Shown one piece after another: positions 1 through 9,412 of a DNA stretch of 64,000 nt (positions within the stretch are counted from its first letter, which is position 1; each line of letters starts with the position of its first letter). This DNA comes from a virus. Taxonomy: Duplodnaviria; Caudoviricetes. The position numbers were made by a program, and so were the translations under genes. Below the pieces are notes generated by a model. That model was given only the letters and a program-made list of their open reading frames with translations. It ran no database searches and was not told the DNA's origin. The DNA lies in IMG/VR virus record IMGVR_UViG_3300029305_005547, positions 96,001 through 160,000 of that record; one strand, given 5' to 3'.

Positions 1-105
1 GGATCACTATCCGAATTATATGACCAACTTTTAGATGAAGAAGAAGCATATATCAAATCTCAATTAGATTCGCGAAACTACATGAATGACATGGACGGAA
101 TTTAG
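1..105 (+). CDS. 3' end of an upstream gene (partial); its stop codon lies inside repeat copy 1
   Basis: Frame 1 is open: GSLSELYDQLLDEEEAYIKSQLDSRNYMNDMDGI*, with TAG at 103-105 inside ACGGAATTTAG. Confidence 0.6.
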   Translation, partial: GSLSELYDQLLDEEEAYIKSQLDSRNYMNDMDGI

Positions 106-175
106 TTAAGTAAAATTTCTGTAAGTCTCGATATTTCTCGAGACTTACAGATTCTTTATTTAGCTAAATTAGTAA
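95..175 (+). repeat. 80-bp cassette repeat, copy 1 (extra T in core: CTAAATTAGTAA)
   Basis: Direct match to the other nine copies. Confidence 0.97.
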
Positions 176-464
176 TGTAACATCAGCTCTCAAATGTAGA
201 ATTGCGTCATTTTATAATCAAATTACTGCAATGAATCCAAATATAAAATATACATTATCACTAAATTTTCTGCCTTCAACATGTTTGTATATATTTATAT
301 CATGTAATAACTTATATTATACTGAAGTGGTATTGCTTGCTAATTACTGGAGGTCAACATTTGGTAATGGGTATTATATTGATTTCACATATGATGGTAA
401 TGCATATGAAATAACTGCTGTAAGTAATGTGACACGCAGATTTCATATTTTTACGTCAAATTAA
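171..464 (+). CDS. Silent tail-fibre tip cassette 1 (start-less, SNVTSALKCRI...)
   Basis: Open frame from AGT AAT of the core through ORF 231-464; no RBS. Confidence 0.65.
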   Translation, partial: SNVTSALKCRIASFYNQITAMNPNIKYTLSLNFLPSTCLYIFISCNNLYYTEVVLLANYWRSTFGNGYYIDFTYDGNAYEITAVSNVTRRFHIFTSN

Positions 465-470
465 AATGAT

Positions 471-501
471 AAGAAAGATATCAGGATTCTGATGTCTTTC
501 T
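471..501. terminator. Intrinsic terminator hairpin
   Basis: AAGAAAGATATCAG...CTGATGTCTTTCTT followed by a T-run. Confidence 0.7.
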
Positions 502-559
502 TATTTTTATGCATATATTATTTTTATGTATAATAATAAACTCTGGAGGTACAAAAGTT

Positions 560-1243
560 ATGCAAAAAATTATTTTCCAATCATTACGTGAACCGCTTGA
601 TATTTTAAAAGCGAAATTCATTCCTTCCCAAGCAGATTCATGCCCGTCTACAAAAACTGAACGTAAAGTAATACCAGTTCCAGGTGGTCAATTTTACGCA
701 ACTATGCAAGAATATAATATCAAAAGAGATATGCAATGTGCTATGTTTATGTGTCCTTGTTGCTTTGAAGTTTTTGTTGTTCAAATGGAGTATTCAATAA
801 ATATCAATGCTGTAAACTTAACACGAGGCTTAAAATTAGATTTTGGTCATATTCTTAAAGTGTTTGCAGATGAAGGATGTCCTGAGTGTAATGAAGAAGT
901 TGAATTTGTGAAATTAGATCCTAATATTGCTTCTACAATTTCGATATTAAATCAGAAAGGTTATTATACAGCTTTTTGTTGTGAACACCATTTTGGTGAA
1001 GACTGTGGTTCATCTTCTCCATATGTTGCATTTAAAAATACTGACATATTTGATTACCTTGATTATTTACCAGACTCGTGGTATCCGGATTTTGAAAGCT
1101 ATAAATTATATGGTACCCCTGTATTAAGGGCAACTACGCCTAGAAATCCTTATGAATTAAAGGAAACAATTTTTGAATTGTTAGATTTTGTAAGGCAACT
1201 TCCAATTTCTAAAACACTAAGTAGTAAATTACAAGTACAATAA
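560..1243 (+). CDS. Hypothetical Zn-binding protein
   Basis: GGAGG at 545 favours ATG 560; CPCC, CPEC and CCEHH motifs; TATATTATT motif upstream. Confidence 0.65.
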   Translation: MQKIIFQSLREPLDILKAKFIPSQADSCPSTKTERKVIPVPGGQFYATMQEYNIKRDMQCAMFMCPCCFEVFVVQMEYSININAVNLTRGLKLDFGHILKVFADEGCPECNEEVEFVKLDPNIASTISILNQKGYYTAFCCEHHFGEDCGSSSPYVAFKNTDIFDYLDYLPDSWYPDFESYKLYGTPVLRATTPRNPYELKETIFELLDFVRQLPISKTLSSKLQVQ

Positions 1244-1346
1244 TTTAGATAAAAGAGTATACTTTTTAAGGTGTACTCTTTTATTTTTTCCTTTCTTATG
1301 CTCTAAAAGACATTCAAGTAATAATCTTACAGAAAGGAAAAATGAT

Positions 1347-3458
1347 ATGAAAAGTCCTTTTTTAGAATTCTATAAAGCAGATGCAGTAGATGCTTTGTTA
1401 GATATTAACCCTGAATGGGATAGAGATGAAGTAGATGAAATTGTGGAAAAGGAAATGAAAAAATCATTTTCAAATCCATCAGTTGTAATAGATAATAATT
1501 TTAAAAGAGAAACACAAAGTTCGACATTACTCACAATAATGGATTGGGCTATAGATAAAGAGCCTCTTATTGCGGGTAATGGTACTTTTTATAAAAATCA
1601 ACATCAAGCAGCAAATCCTATTGCTAATATGCTTGATGGTATGTTAAAACGAAGAAAAGCTTTAAAGAAAGAAATGTTTAAAGTTGAAGATAAAACAAGC
1701 CAGCGATATAAAGATCTCGATTTGGCACAACAAATTCAGAAGATAAATGCGAATAGCTACTACGGTGCTAGTGGTATGCCAGCATCTGCATTTTTTAGTA
1801 AATGGTCTGGTGGATGTACCACAGGTTCTTGCCAATCTGTTATTAGTACTTGCTATTCAACATTTGAAGCTTTTATTGCAGATAATTTTGTTTTTATGGA
1901 TATTAATGAATGCTTTAATTGGTTAAAAGTAGTAAGAGAACAAATAGCATTGGATCCAGAAACAGTATCGTGGTTGAAACCACATACAAAAAGAGATGTT
2001 TACGAAAAATTAAAAGGTATGTTTTTTCATTGGAAAGACTCTTATGAAGATATGCTTTGGAAATATGTATGTAATTTAGATGATAATGAAATCAATAGAA
2101 TTTATTATCGTAATAGATTACAGGAATTTACAGAAGATCATAAATATGTAATTGAACTTAATAAACGTATTTTGGATAATGTAAATATTTATCCAGTTCT
2201 TCCAAAAAAACTAGCTGAAAAGAAAGATGGATCTTGGGAAAAGGAAATCCCTCAAGAGTTTGTTGGAAAATTTTTAAGTGGTTTGGATTATAATTCGTTT
2301 GCTTGTAAAGAAGCATTCATGGATCCAAATGATATTCCCAAGAGTGTTGAAAAGGAGGTTAAAGAATTAGGTGCTTTATATATGAAATATGTATATACAC
2401 AATATCTAGTCTTTGACCGTATTTACAGACTTAAAAACTTTGGAAGAAAAACAGTAATGGTTATAGATACAGACTCAAACATTTTAGCACTTGATGAATG
2501 GATTGAGTTTGTTTTCGATAAATTTGCAAAATTGTCTGATAAACCTAAGGAAAATATTGAGTTTATTTTGATAAATACAATCACATATACGCTTACTCAG
2601 GTAGTAACAGACATACTTCTATTTTATGGTAAGTGCTCTAATATACCTGAAGAATTTAGAGGACGATATGCTATGAAGAATGAATTCTTTATGAGAAGAT
2701 TAATTATCTCTGAAGTAAAGAAAAGATACATGTCATTATTTAAACTTAGAGAAGGTAATTTACTTAATCCTCCTAAGACCGATATCAAGGGATTTGATTT
2801 TAAAAAGTCAGCTACATCTGATGTTTGTGAGGAAATATTTACAAGATTATCAGAAGATTATTTATTAAAAGCTGAAGAAATCGATGTTAAAGGTCTTAGA
2901 AATGAATTAATGGAACTTCAAAAAACTATCATGGAAGACATTCAGTGTGGTAATTTAACTTATTTACCAAATGCTAATGCTAAAGAATTAGCAGCGTATG
3001 CTGAACCTGGAAGTGAACAATCTGTACGAGGAGTAATTGCTTGGAATTTATTAAATCCTGAAAGCCAGATAGAACTTCCTTCTAAAGTAAAATTACTTAA
3101 GCTTATGATATTTAAAGAAGAAGACATTGAACCTCTTAGAAGAACTAATCCAGATATTCATAAAATTATTATTGATGAAATATTCAATGATACATCTGGA
3201 ATATTTGTAACCAAGAGTGTTAAAAATGGAAAAGTTAATATCAAATCAAAAGGAATGCAAGTGTTAGCAATACCCAATAATGCTTCAATTCCAGATTGGG
3301 TAAAACCATATATTGACTATACAAATGTAATTGGTTCTATTATGGCACCATACAAATCTGTAACTGACCTTCTTAAAATAAACTGTGTAAGTACAGGATA
3401 TAAAAAGAATGGTATTAATAGAGAAACAGAATCATTTACAAATATAATCACATTTTAA
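1347..3458 (+). CDS. Family B DNA polymerase, catalytic subunit of the split jumbo-phage type
   Basis: KINANSYYG (motif B), DTDS (motif C), KKRY, DIKGFDFKKS; no proofreading exonuclease domain seen. Confidence 0.88.
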   Translation: MKSPFLEFYKADAVDALLDINPEWDRDEVDEIVEKEMKKSFSNPSVVIDNNFKRETQSSTLLTIMDWAIDKEPLIAGNGTFYKNQHQAANPIANMLDGMLKRRKALKKEMFKVEDKTSQRYKDLDLAQQIQKINANSYYGASGMPASAFFSKWSGGCTTGSCQSVISTCYSTFEAFIADNFVFMDINECFNWLKVVREQIALDPETVSWLKPHTKRDVYEKLKGMFFHWKDSYEDMLWKYVCNLDDNEINRIYYRNRLQEFTEDHKYVIELNKRILDNVNIYPVLPKKLAEKKDGSWEKEIPQEFVGKFLSGLDYNSFACKEAFMDPNDIPKSVEKEVKELGALYMKYVYTQYLVFDRIYRLKNFGRKTVMVIDTDSNILALDEWIEFVFDKFAKLSDKPKENIEFILINTITYTLTQVVTDILLFYGKCSNIPEEFRGRYAMKNEFFMRRLIISEVKKRYMSLFKLREGNLLNPPKTDIKGFDFKKSATSDVCEEIFTRLSEDYLLKAEEIDVKGLRNELMELQKTIMEDIQCGNLTYLPNANAKELAAYAEPGSEQSVRGVIAWNLLNPESQIELPSKVKLLKLMIFKEEDIEPLRRTNPDIHKIIIDEIFNDTSGIFVTKSVKNGKVNIKSKGMQVLAIPNNASIPDWVKPYIDYTNVIGSIMAPYKSVTDLLKINCVSTGYKKNGINRETESFTNIITF

Positions 3459-3470
3459 TGAGGTGATAAA

Positions 3471-3707
3471 ATGACAGAATATGAAAAAGTTAAATCTTTA
3501 TTAGATGAACTTAAAATTCCATATGAAGAAAAAGATGCAGATTATTGGAAGAATAGTGTAACTATTCCAGATAAAGAAGATATAATAAAAGAATTGAATG
3601 AAACAGGTGCTAAAGGATTAGAAGTTACATTAACGTTAGGATTTGGTTTTTGCAATATTCTCTTTACGAGAAATACTGAAAGGTTTATTGCTGTAGAAAC
3701 TGATTAA
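3471..3707 (+). CDS. Hypothetical protein
   Basis: ORF with GAGGTG RBS, followed by a terminator hairpin. Confidence 0.7.
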   Translation: MTEYEKVKSLLDELKIPYEEKDADYWKNSVTIPDKEDIIKELNETGAKGLEVTLTLGFGFCNILFTRNTERFIAVETD

Positions 3708-3801
3708 TAGAAATAGGAGATGATTTTGTTTCATCTCCTATTTATTTTTTGTGGAAAATGCAACAAAAAATTCGACAAAATTCGACATTTACTTAGATAT
3801 G

Positions 3802-3881
3802 ACGGAATTTAGTTAAGTAAGTTTTCTGTAAGTCTCGATATTTCTCGAGACTTACAGATTCTTTATTTAGCTAAATAGTAA
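3802..3881 (+). repeat. 80-bp cassette repeat, copy 2
   Basis: ACGGAATTTAGTTAAGTAAGTTTTCTGTAAGTCTCGATATTTCTCGAGACTTACAGATTCTTTATTTAGCTAAATAGTAA. Confidence 0.98.
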
Positions 3882-4428
3882 TGGACCTAGTAGTGGTTGT
3901 ATGCGTTCTCTTGAAGATCAATACGTTTTAAAAATACAAGATGATAGTAATCTTGTAGTGTATAAAGTAAGTGATGATACAGTTGCATGGTCATCTAATT
4001 ATCATACACATAGTTATTTATCATTAGCAGGTGGTACATTAACTGGAACTATTTCAACTAGAGGTATTCAACCTTCTACTACAGCTACATATTCATTAGG
4101 CACAACACAATATATGTGGTCTGGAGTATGTTCTAAATACTTCTATTCTATTGGCACTGACACTGGGGTATATGCACAAATATATCCTGCTACATTAGGT
4201 ACAACAAGTACTGTTGGTAAAGCATATGTTCATGTTGGTAATAATACAGCGTCAGGTACTGCTAAGAATGCTAGAGGATATTTAAGATTATTTGGTTCAT
4301 CATCAGGATATACAGATATTCAAACAGGATATAACTCTACATCAAATATTACACTTACACTTCCTAGTAAAACAGGTACTATTCCTATTGTATCTTTATC
4401 TGGTACAACTTTAACTATTACTACTTAG
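3871..4428 (+). CDS. Silent tail-fibre tip cassette 2 (bulb-lectin-like motif plus fibre repeat; ends LSGTTLTITT)
   Basis: In frame from LNSNGPSSGC; QDDSNLVVY motif; SYLSLAGGTLTG...GYLRLF segment resembles the tip of 40210-42090. Confidence 0.85.
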   Translation, partial: LNSNGPSSGCMRSLEDQYVLKIQDDSNLVVYKVSDDTVAWSSNYHTHSYLSLAGGTLTGTISTRGIQPSTTATYSLGTTQYMWSGVCSKYFYSIGTDTGVYAQIYPATLGTTSTVGKAYVHVGNNTASGTAKNARGYLRLFGSSSGYTDIQTGYNSTSNITLTLPSKTGTIPIVSLSGTTLTITT

Positions 4429-4439
4429 GAGGTATAAAT

Positions 4440-5033
4440 ATGGCTATTGTTATGAATGGAACTACTATACCTACTAAAAAAGGTAATATTAAATTTAATG
4501 GTACCGAAATTACAGAGGTTATTTGTAATGGAACATCTGTATGGAAAGTAGTATCAGACCCTATTTATATAGTAAAAGATGGTGTGTTACAAGATACTAT
4601 AGCTCCTAATCCATCATATCAGGCACCAGGACACTCATTATCATACGGTAACTGGTTACTTAGTGCAACTGATCCTTTATGGGGAGTTGGTGGTCATACT
4701 AATGGTTCAACCGTATCTGTATGGTATGCTAAAACTGGATCTATAAATACTGAAGGTGCATCAACATTAGACATATCTGTTAGAGTTGCATGTGATGGTG
4801 ATGCATATGCAAAAAATATAAGAACTATTGTAAAAAGCGGTTCTACAGAAATTTTTTCAAAAAATGAAGTTTATGATGTGGTAACTAACTATTCGTGTTT
4901 ATTTTGGGATAGATTTAGTTATTCAGTCGACATTTCAAAATATTCAACTATAGAAATAATTATAGAATCAAATTCTACCAGCAGCTCTAATGCATGGATA
5001 CGAATTGGTGTTGAAAGTGCTGTTATGAAATAA
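4440..5033 (+). CDS. Partner adhesin / fibre-tip protein of cassette 2
   Basis: GGAGG RBS; N-terminus MAIVMNGTTIPTKKG...CNGTSVWK shared with 23500, 29364 and 30488; variable beta-rich C-terminus. Confidence 0.75.
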   Translation: MAIVMNGTTIPTKKGNIKFNGTEITEVICNGTSVWKVVSDPIYIVKDGVLQDTIAPNPSYQAPGHSLSYGNWLLSATDPLWGVGGHTNGSTVSVWYAKTGSINTEGASTLDISVRVACDGDAYAKNIRTIVKSGSTEIFSKNEVYDVVTNYSCLFWDRFSYSVDISKYSTIEIIIESNSTSSSNAWIRIGVESAVMK

Positions 5034-5076
5034 TAATGGTTAGTTATAAAGATAAATGCGAGTAAGGGAATTTCCC

Positions 5077-6336
5077 TTACTCACATTTATATTCTTTATC
5101 AGCAGGTTTATCTGCAATACCTGTCTTATTAAATTCATTTACTGTCTGTTTAATAATATACAACAAAATAGGTGTAATGAAGAACATTTCCAAATTTGCA
5201 TCTAATTGTATAAGTTCGTCATTAAGAGACAGATCAATATCATAAATATTCAAAGGAGATTCATTTCGAATAAACTTCTGAATAAGTTTAAGATACTTTG
5301 ATTTAGTAGGTCCGTTAAGTCTTATAGTTTCTACCGTAACTTGTGGTAAAATATTATATACTTCTTCACTAAGACCATCTATAACACCACCCGGAAGATC
5401 TACAACTTTAATCGATTCATCTCCCCATCTACAGAATGCTGACTCTTGTCGGGCCATACCTTTAAATAAAGTATATGGAAATGTCTTAATAAGTTCAACA
5501 TCACGTCTTTCAAAAAATCTGAAAATACTTCTTTCATATTTAAGTTTCTTTTTATTATCAGCTATCTGATCTGCTTCAAGATAAACAGTTTCAAGAGAAT
5601 TCTTCTTTTTGAATAACTCATGGTTATTAATAAAAGAACACATAAAAGGATCATATATTCTAAAACCACCAGGAAGTTCTCCGATGATTGCATTGTATCT
5701 TTCATCATAGAAAATTGAAATATATAATGAAACCATATCCGAAAACATCTTATCCACTTTATCAAGTTGCTCTTTGAAATCTTCTTGAATAATACATTTA
5801 TTTTCAGATCCAATATTTTCAAGCACACAAGTATATTTATCATATACTTGGTCATTTAAACTTTTTGCTTTATCATCATCGATAGAATCTAATTTGAATG
5901 AGAACTTATAAAAATTATCAGATCTCATTGTATCGTAAAAAATTTCAGTTAATCTGAATAATACATTACCGCCTACATATGAAATTACAAAGTAATCATT
6001 AGGAAGTGGTTTTATTGTGTTGGGAAGAATTGTAGCTTCTCCTTCATATGAAGAATCAATACCTACCTCAGTTTCCTGTAATTGAGCAACTATTTGTTCT
6101 AATCCATAAATTGGAAAACTTTTGATTTGTTGATATTTGAGAGGAGAATTTTTCCCAACTACTGTATCGACATCCATAAAACCAGCATCTGTTGTAGATT
6201 CATCCATATTAATATGATAATATGTAACAAATGTAGGGGTCTGATCTATAAAACGTGTAATAGGACTTTGTATTCTTTCGTCCAACTTAGCAACACTTTC
6301 ATCAATGAATCTTTCTTCATTTATAAAAAAAGCCAT
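5077..6336 (-). CDS. Probable virion structural (neck-like) protein
   Basis: 419-aa ORF, GGAGG RBS, late-type GACA-N6-TAAG promoter; family call from recalled resemblance only. Confidence 0.5.
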   Translation of the reverse strand: MAFFINEERFIDESVAKLDERIQSPITRFIDQTPTFVTYYHINMDESTTDAGFMDVDTVVGKNSPLKYQQIKSFPIYGLEQIVAQLQETEVGIDSSYEGEATILPNTIKPLPNDYFVISYVGGNVLFRLTEIFYDTMRSDNFYKFSFKLDSIDDDKAKSLNDQVYDKYTCVLENIGSENKCIIQEDFKEQLDKVDKMFSDMVSLYISIFYDERYNAIIGELPGGFRIYDPFMCSFINNHELFKKKNSLETVYLEADQIADNKKKLKYERSIFRFFERRDVELIKTFPYTLFKGMARQESAFCRWGDESIKVVDLPGGVIDGLSEEVYNILPQVTVETIRLNGPTKSKYLKLIQKFIRNESPLNIYDIDLSLNDELIQLDANLEMFFITPILLYIIKQTVNEFNKTGIADKPADKEYKCE

Positions 6337-6452
6337 TATATCTGACCTCCGTTTCTATTTTACTTATAAGAATGTCATTTGATTATATTATGCTTAGTTA
6401 ATGAAGAGATATATTATTTATTTAGAATTATTAGAAAGATGGTGATGTATTA

Positions 6453-6791
6453 ATGGGAATGGGTAAAAGAAAAGATCCTTTTTGCGTGTTTAGTAAAATA
6501 ACAGAAGAAGAAAATTATCCATTATATCAACATAGAGTAGATATATTGGATCTAAGGGATGATATTGTTCATAGAACAGATAATGCATATGATAAAATTA
6601 AAAAAGATAAAAATATTGATTATATTACATTACTTACAACTCTACAAGATTTATATTCTTCATTAGGTGATGTAAACCATCATAACGAAATTAAAGAAGA
6701 ATATGATAAAATGAGGTTACGTGTTTCAAGTCATTTACTATTTAGAGAAGCGCATATTTTAAAATGGAATAGAATAGAGGAGTGGTTTTGA
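6453..6791 (+). CDS. Hypothetical protein
   Basis: ORF downstream of a TATATTATT motif. Confidence 0.65.
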   Translation: MGMGKRKDPFCVFSKITEEENYPLYQHRVDILDLRDDIVHRTDNAYDKIKKDKNIDYITLLTTLQDLYSSLGDVNHHNEIKEEYDKMRLRVSSHLLFREAHILKWNRIEEWF

Positions 6792-6792
6792 T

Positions 6793-7392
6793 ATGGGAGT
6801 TAATATACAAATGATGGATACAACAAGTTTAATGCCTGGAATTAAAATGGTAATGAATAGTATTTATGGAGTTATGAATGATGCATTATGTTTAGATACA
6901 ACATCTCAAATGAAGTATTTAAGTGATTCTGATTTTGATAGAAATGACGAAACTTATAATATGACTATGCAAGATATGAGAGGATTTAACGAACATAATT
7001 TACCAGTTGATAATATTAGAAGTAAAGAATCATTATATTTTGAATTATTTATCAAACGAGAAAGCCATTCAGAATTAGATTTAGATGAAATATTTAGTGA
7101 AGTTACTGAAGACTATAATAATGATGACTTATTTGAAGATGAAATAGAATATTTGCTCAGTCCTATTTATTCATTTTCGTCTTCGAATCCTAGATTACAT
7201 CTGTGTGGTGATTGTGAAAGTGATTATTCATTTATGAATATAGACCATTCATATAATAGAACTATATTGGAAGATAGTTGTAAAATAGTACGTAGAGAAA
7301 AGGAAGCAAAAATCTTTCAAGAAGTTTTTAATAGACGTTTACAGTCAAAATCTAAAGGTTCTTTTGGTATATATAAAATCAATATTGTATAA
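6793..7392 (+). CDS. Hypothetical protein
   Basis: ORF closely coupled to the previous gene. Confidence 0.65.
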   Translation: MGVNIQMMDTTSLMPGIKMVMNSIYGVMNDALCLDTTSQMKYLSDSDFDRNDETYNMTMQDMRGFNEHNLPVDNIRSKESLYFELFIKRESHSELDLDEIFSEVTEDYNNDDLFEDEIEYLLSPIYSFSSSNPRLHLCGDCESDYSFMNIDHSYNRTILEDSCKIVRREKEAKIFQEVFNRRLQSKSKGSFGIYKINIV

Positions 7393-7431
7393 AAAAATAA
7401 GAGGTGATAATTATATTATCACCTCTTAAAT

Positions 7432-7731
7432 TTAATCGTCATTCTCATCATTGAAAGCAAGCTTGTCAATATCTATTTTTGCATATCGTTTACCCTTACT
7501 TTCTTTTTTCTTTTTCTTCTTCTCGTGTTTAGCGAGACGTTTCGTAATAGCAAGCTTATCTTCAGGATGAATTACTTCACCGGAAATAGCATCTGCAAGA
7601 TTTCTAGGTTTTCCGTTAGAGTAAGTACCAAATAATGCTTTTTGCAAATTCGCATTCTCTGAGATATGTTCTTCAGCTTTCTTCAATACTTCTCCACCAA
7701 CTGATACAACGTCTTTTAAATTAATGCCCAT
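7432..7731 (-). CDS. Hypothetical basic protein
   Basis: AAAGGAAGG RBS; Lys-rich C-terminus. Confidence 0.7.
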   Translation of the reverse strand: MGINLKDVVSVGGEVLKKAEEHISENANLQKALFGTYSNGKPRNLADAISGEVIHPEDKLAITKRLAKHEKKKKKKESKGKRYAKIDIDKLAFNDENDD

Positions 7732-7833
7732 GGGAATCCTTCCTTTCTTTTATTCTAAATAAATAATATATCACTTAAATCTAAAAGTTTCAGTTGATAT
7801 AAAATTGGCTTGAAAACAATAGTTTAAGGCAGA

Positions 7834-9402
7834 ATGCAAAGAAAGAAGGTGAAAATAACCTTGGATTACGCTGTCGTAAATACAAAAAGATCATCATTAA
7901 AAGTATACTCTACAACTAACACGTCTGAAAAGAATTTGTTAGGTACTATAAAAGATGGAGAGATTGTAGAATTTAGTGATTTTAGAACAGTAAATAATGT
8001 TGAATGGGTAAAAATAAGTACTAAAGAAATTGCTGGATGGGTAATTTTAAAACACCCATCTGTTAATTATTCGTATTTAGAACCTATGGATGCAATGTTA
8101 TATGCTAACACAGACGCATCATTTAATGCTGCTATTGCAAGGCAGACTGATAAAAGTTCTGTTGTAAATAAAGTTTCTGCAGAAAATATGTCTGGAACAA
8201 AACGAGAAACAACAGGTGTTTGGTCTAATGCAAATGATAAAATAAAAAAAAGTACTGTAGAACTTACTCCTGCTGAAAAATCTTCTATTAAAAATTTCAG
8301 TTTTGGGGGTCAAAGAGAATATAGAGACAAGCCAGATTCCGCTATGCCTCCTCAAAAGGTACAGAATGCGAAAGGTTATCCTTTTTTAGGTGTTTACAAT
8401 AATCAAACAAAACGATATGAATATGACTATGGGACTGATTACTCTAATAATGAATTTATTACTGCTGTAAATGATTTAAGAAGTATTCATAATATGCAAG
8501 AAGAATCATCAATCCAATTGCATGATAGATATAGTAGATTCTATAATAGATTTAAGGTAGCAACACCTGATGACGTTTTATCAAGAACTTTTGCACATGT
8601 ATTTTTTACACGACCTGATTGCAATATTTTAAACTTTAATGGATCTGTGAGTTTAAGTGAACAAGTTTCCACTAACCCTGATTTTGTTCTTGAATCACAA
8701 AATAACATGTCTACTCTCATGCAATTGGTAAAAAATGTTGGTTTAAATCATCAATTTATGATGTTACCATCTAATAGAGTGACAAGTTTTGAATGTAAAG
8801 ACAGAACTATCAAATCTGATACTTATGGGAGAACTAAACATGGAAATAGTATTGCTTATGGACGCCATATTGACGATTCACAGGCTGCTAGTGAAGTGAG
8901 TATTGCTTTTACAGATGATAGAAACCTAAGATTATTTAGGATGCATCAGTTATGGGTTCAATATATATCTGATGTAAATAAAGGATTTCTTAAGCCATTT
9001 CAGAATCATCTTGCTAATAGAGAGCTTGACTATGCTTGTTCAGCATACTATATCGTGTGTGCAGAAAATGGAGAAGACATTATCTATTGGTCGAAGTTAT
9101 ACGGAGTATTTCCAACAAATATTCCAGATTCTATAATGACTTGGTCTAAGGGTCAATATGTAACAAATCCTGAAATTAATATTACATATCAGTATTCATT
9201 TAAACGTGATTGGAATGCTGATATTATTTCTGAATTTAACATGATGCACAATATAGCCAATTATGGCAGTACAACATATGTTAAAACATACGATAAAAAT
9301 ATTTTGTCTACTGGAAATACATGGGTAGGATCTCCGTTTATTGAAATGGTGAAAGATCCACTAGGACGTACAGTATACAAATTAAGATTTAGAAGATATT
9401 AA
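7834..9402 (+). CDS. Virion protein: N-terminal SH3b-like domain plus tail-tube/baseplate-hub-like domain
   Basis: N-terminal ...GEIVEF...EWVKI...GWV pattern; C-terminal KLYGVFPTNIP...INITYQY tube-like pattern; late promoter. Confidence 0.55.
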   Translation: MQRKKVKITLDYAVVNTKRSSLKVYSTTNTSEKNLLGTIKDGEIVEFSDFRTVNNVEWVKISTKEIAGWVILKHPSVNYSYLEPMDAMLYANTDASFNAAIARQTDKSSVVNKVSAENMSGTKRETTGVWSNANDKIKKSTVELTPAEKSSIKNFSFGGQREYRDKPDSAMPPQKVQNAKGYPFLGVYNNQTKRYEYDYGTDYSNNEFITAVNDLRSIHNMQEESSIQLHDRYSRFYNRFKVATPDDVLSRTFAHVFFTRPDCNILNFNGSVSLSEQVSTNPDFVLESQNNMSTLMQLVKNVGLNHQFMMLPSNRVTSFECKDRTIKSDTYGRTKHGNSIAYGRHIDDSQAASEVSIAFTDDRNLRLFRMHQLWVQYISDVNKGFLKPFQNHLANRELDYACSAYYIVCAENGEDIIYWSKLYGVFPTNIPDSIMTWSKGQYVTNPEINITYQYSFKRDWNADIISEFNMMHNIANYGSTTYVKTYDKNILSTGNTWVGSPFIEMVKDPLGRTVYKLRFRRY

Positions 9403-9412
9403 ATGAAATGAG

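Noticed and set aside
3767-3786. Tandem AAAATTCGAC x2 upstream of copy 2
   Set aside because: Only two units and not seen at other copies, so no function can be supported.
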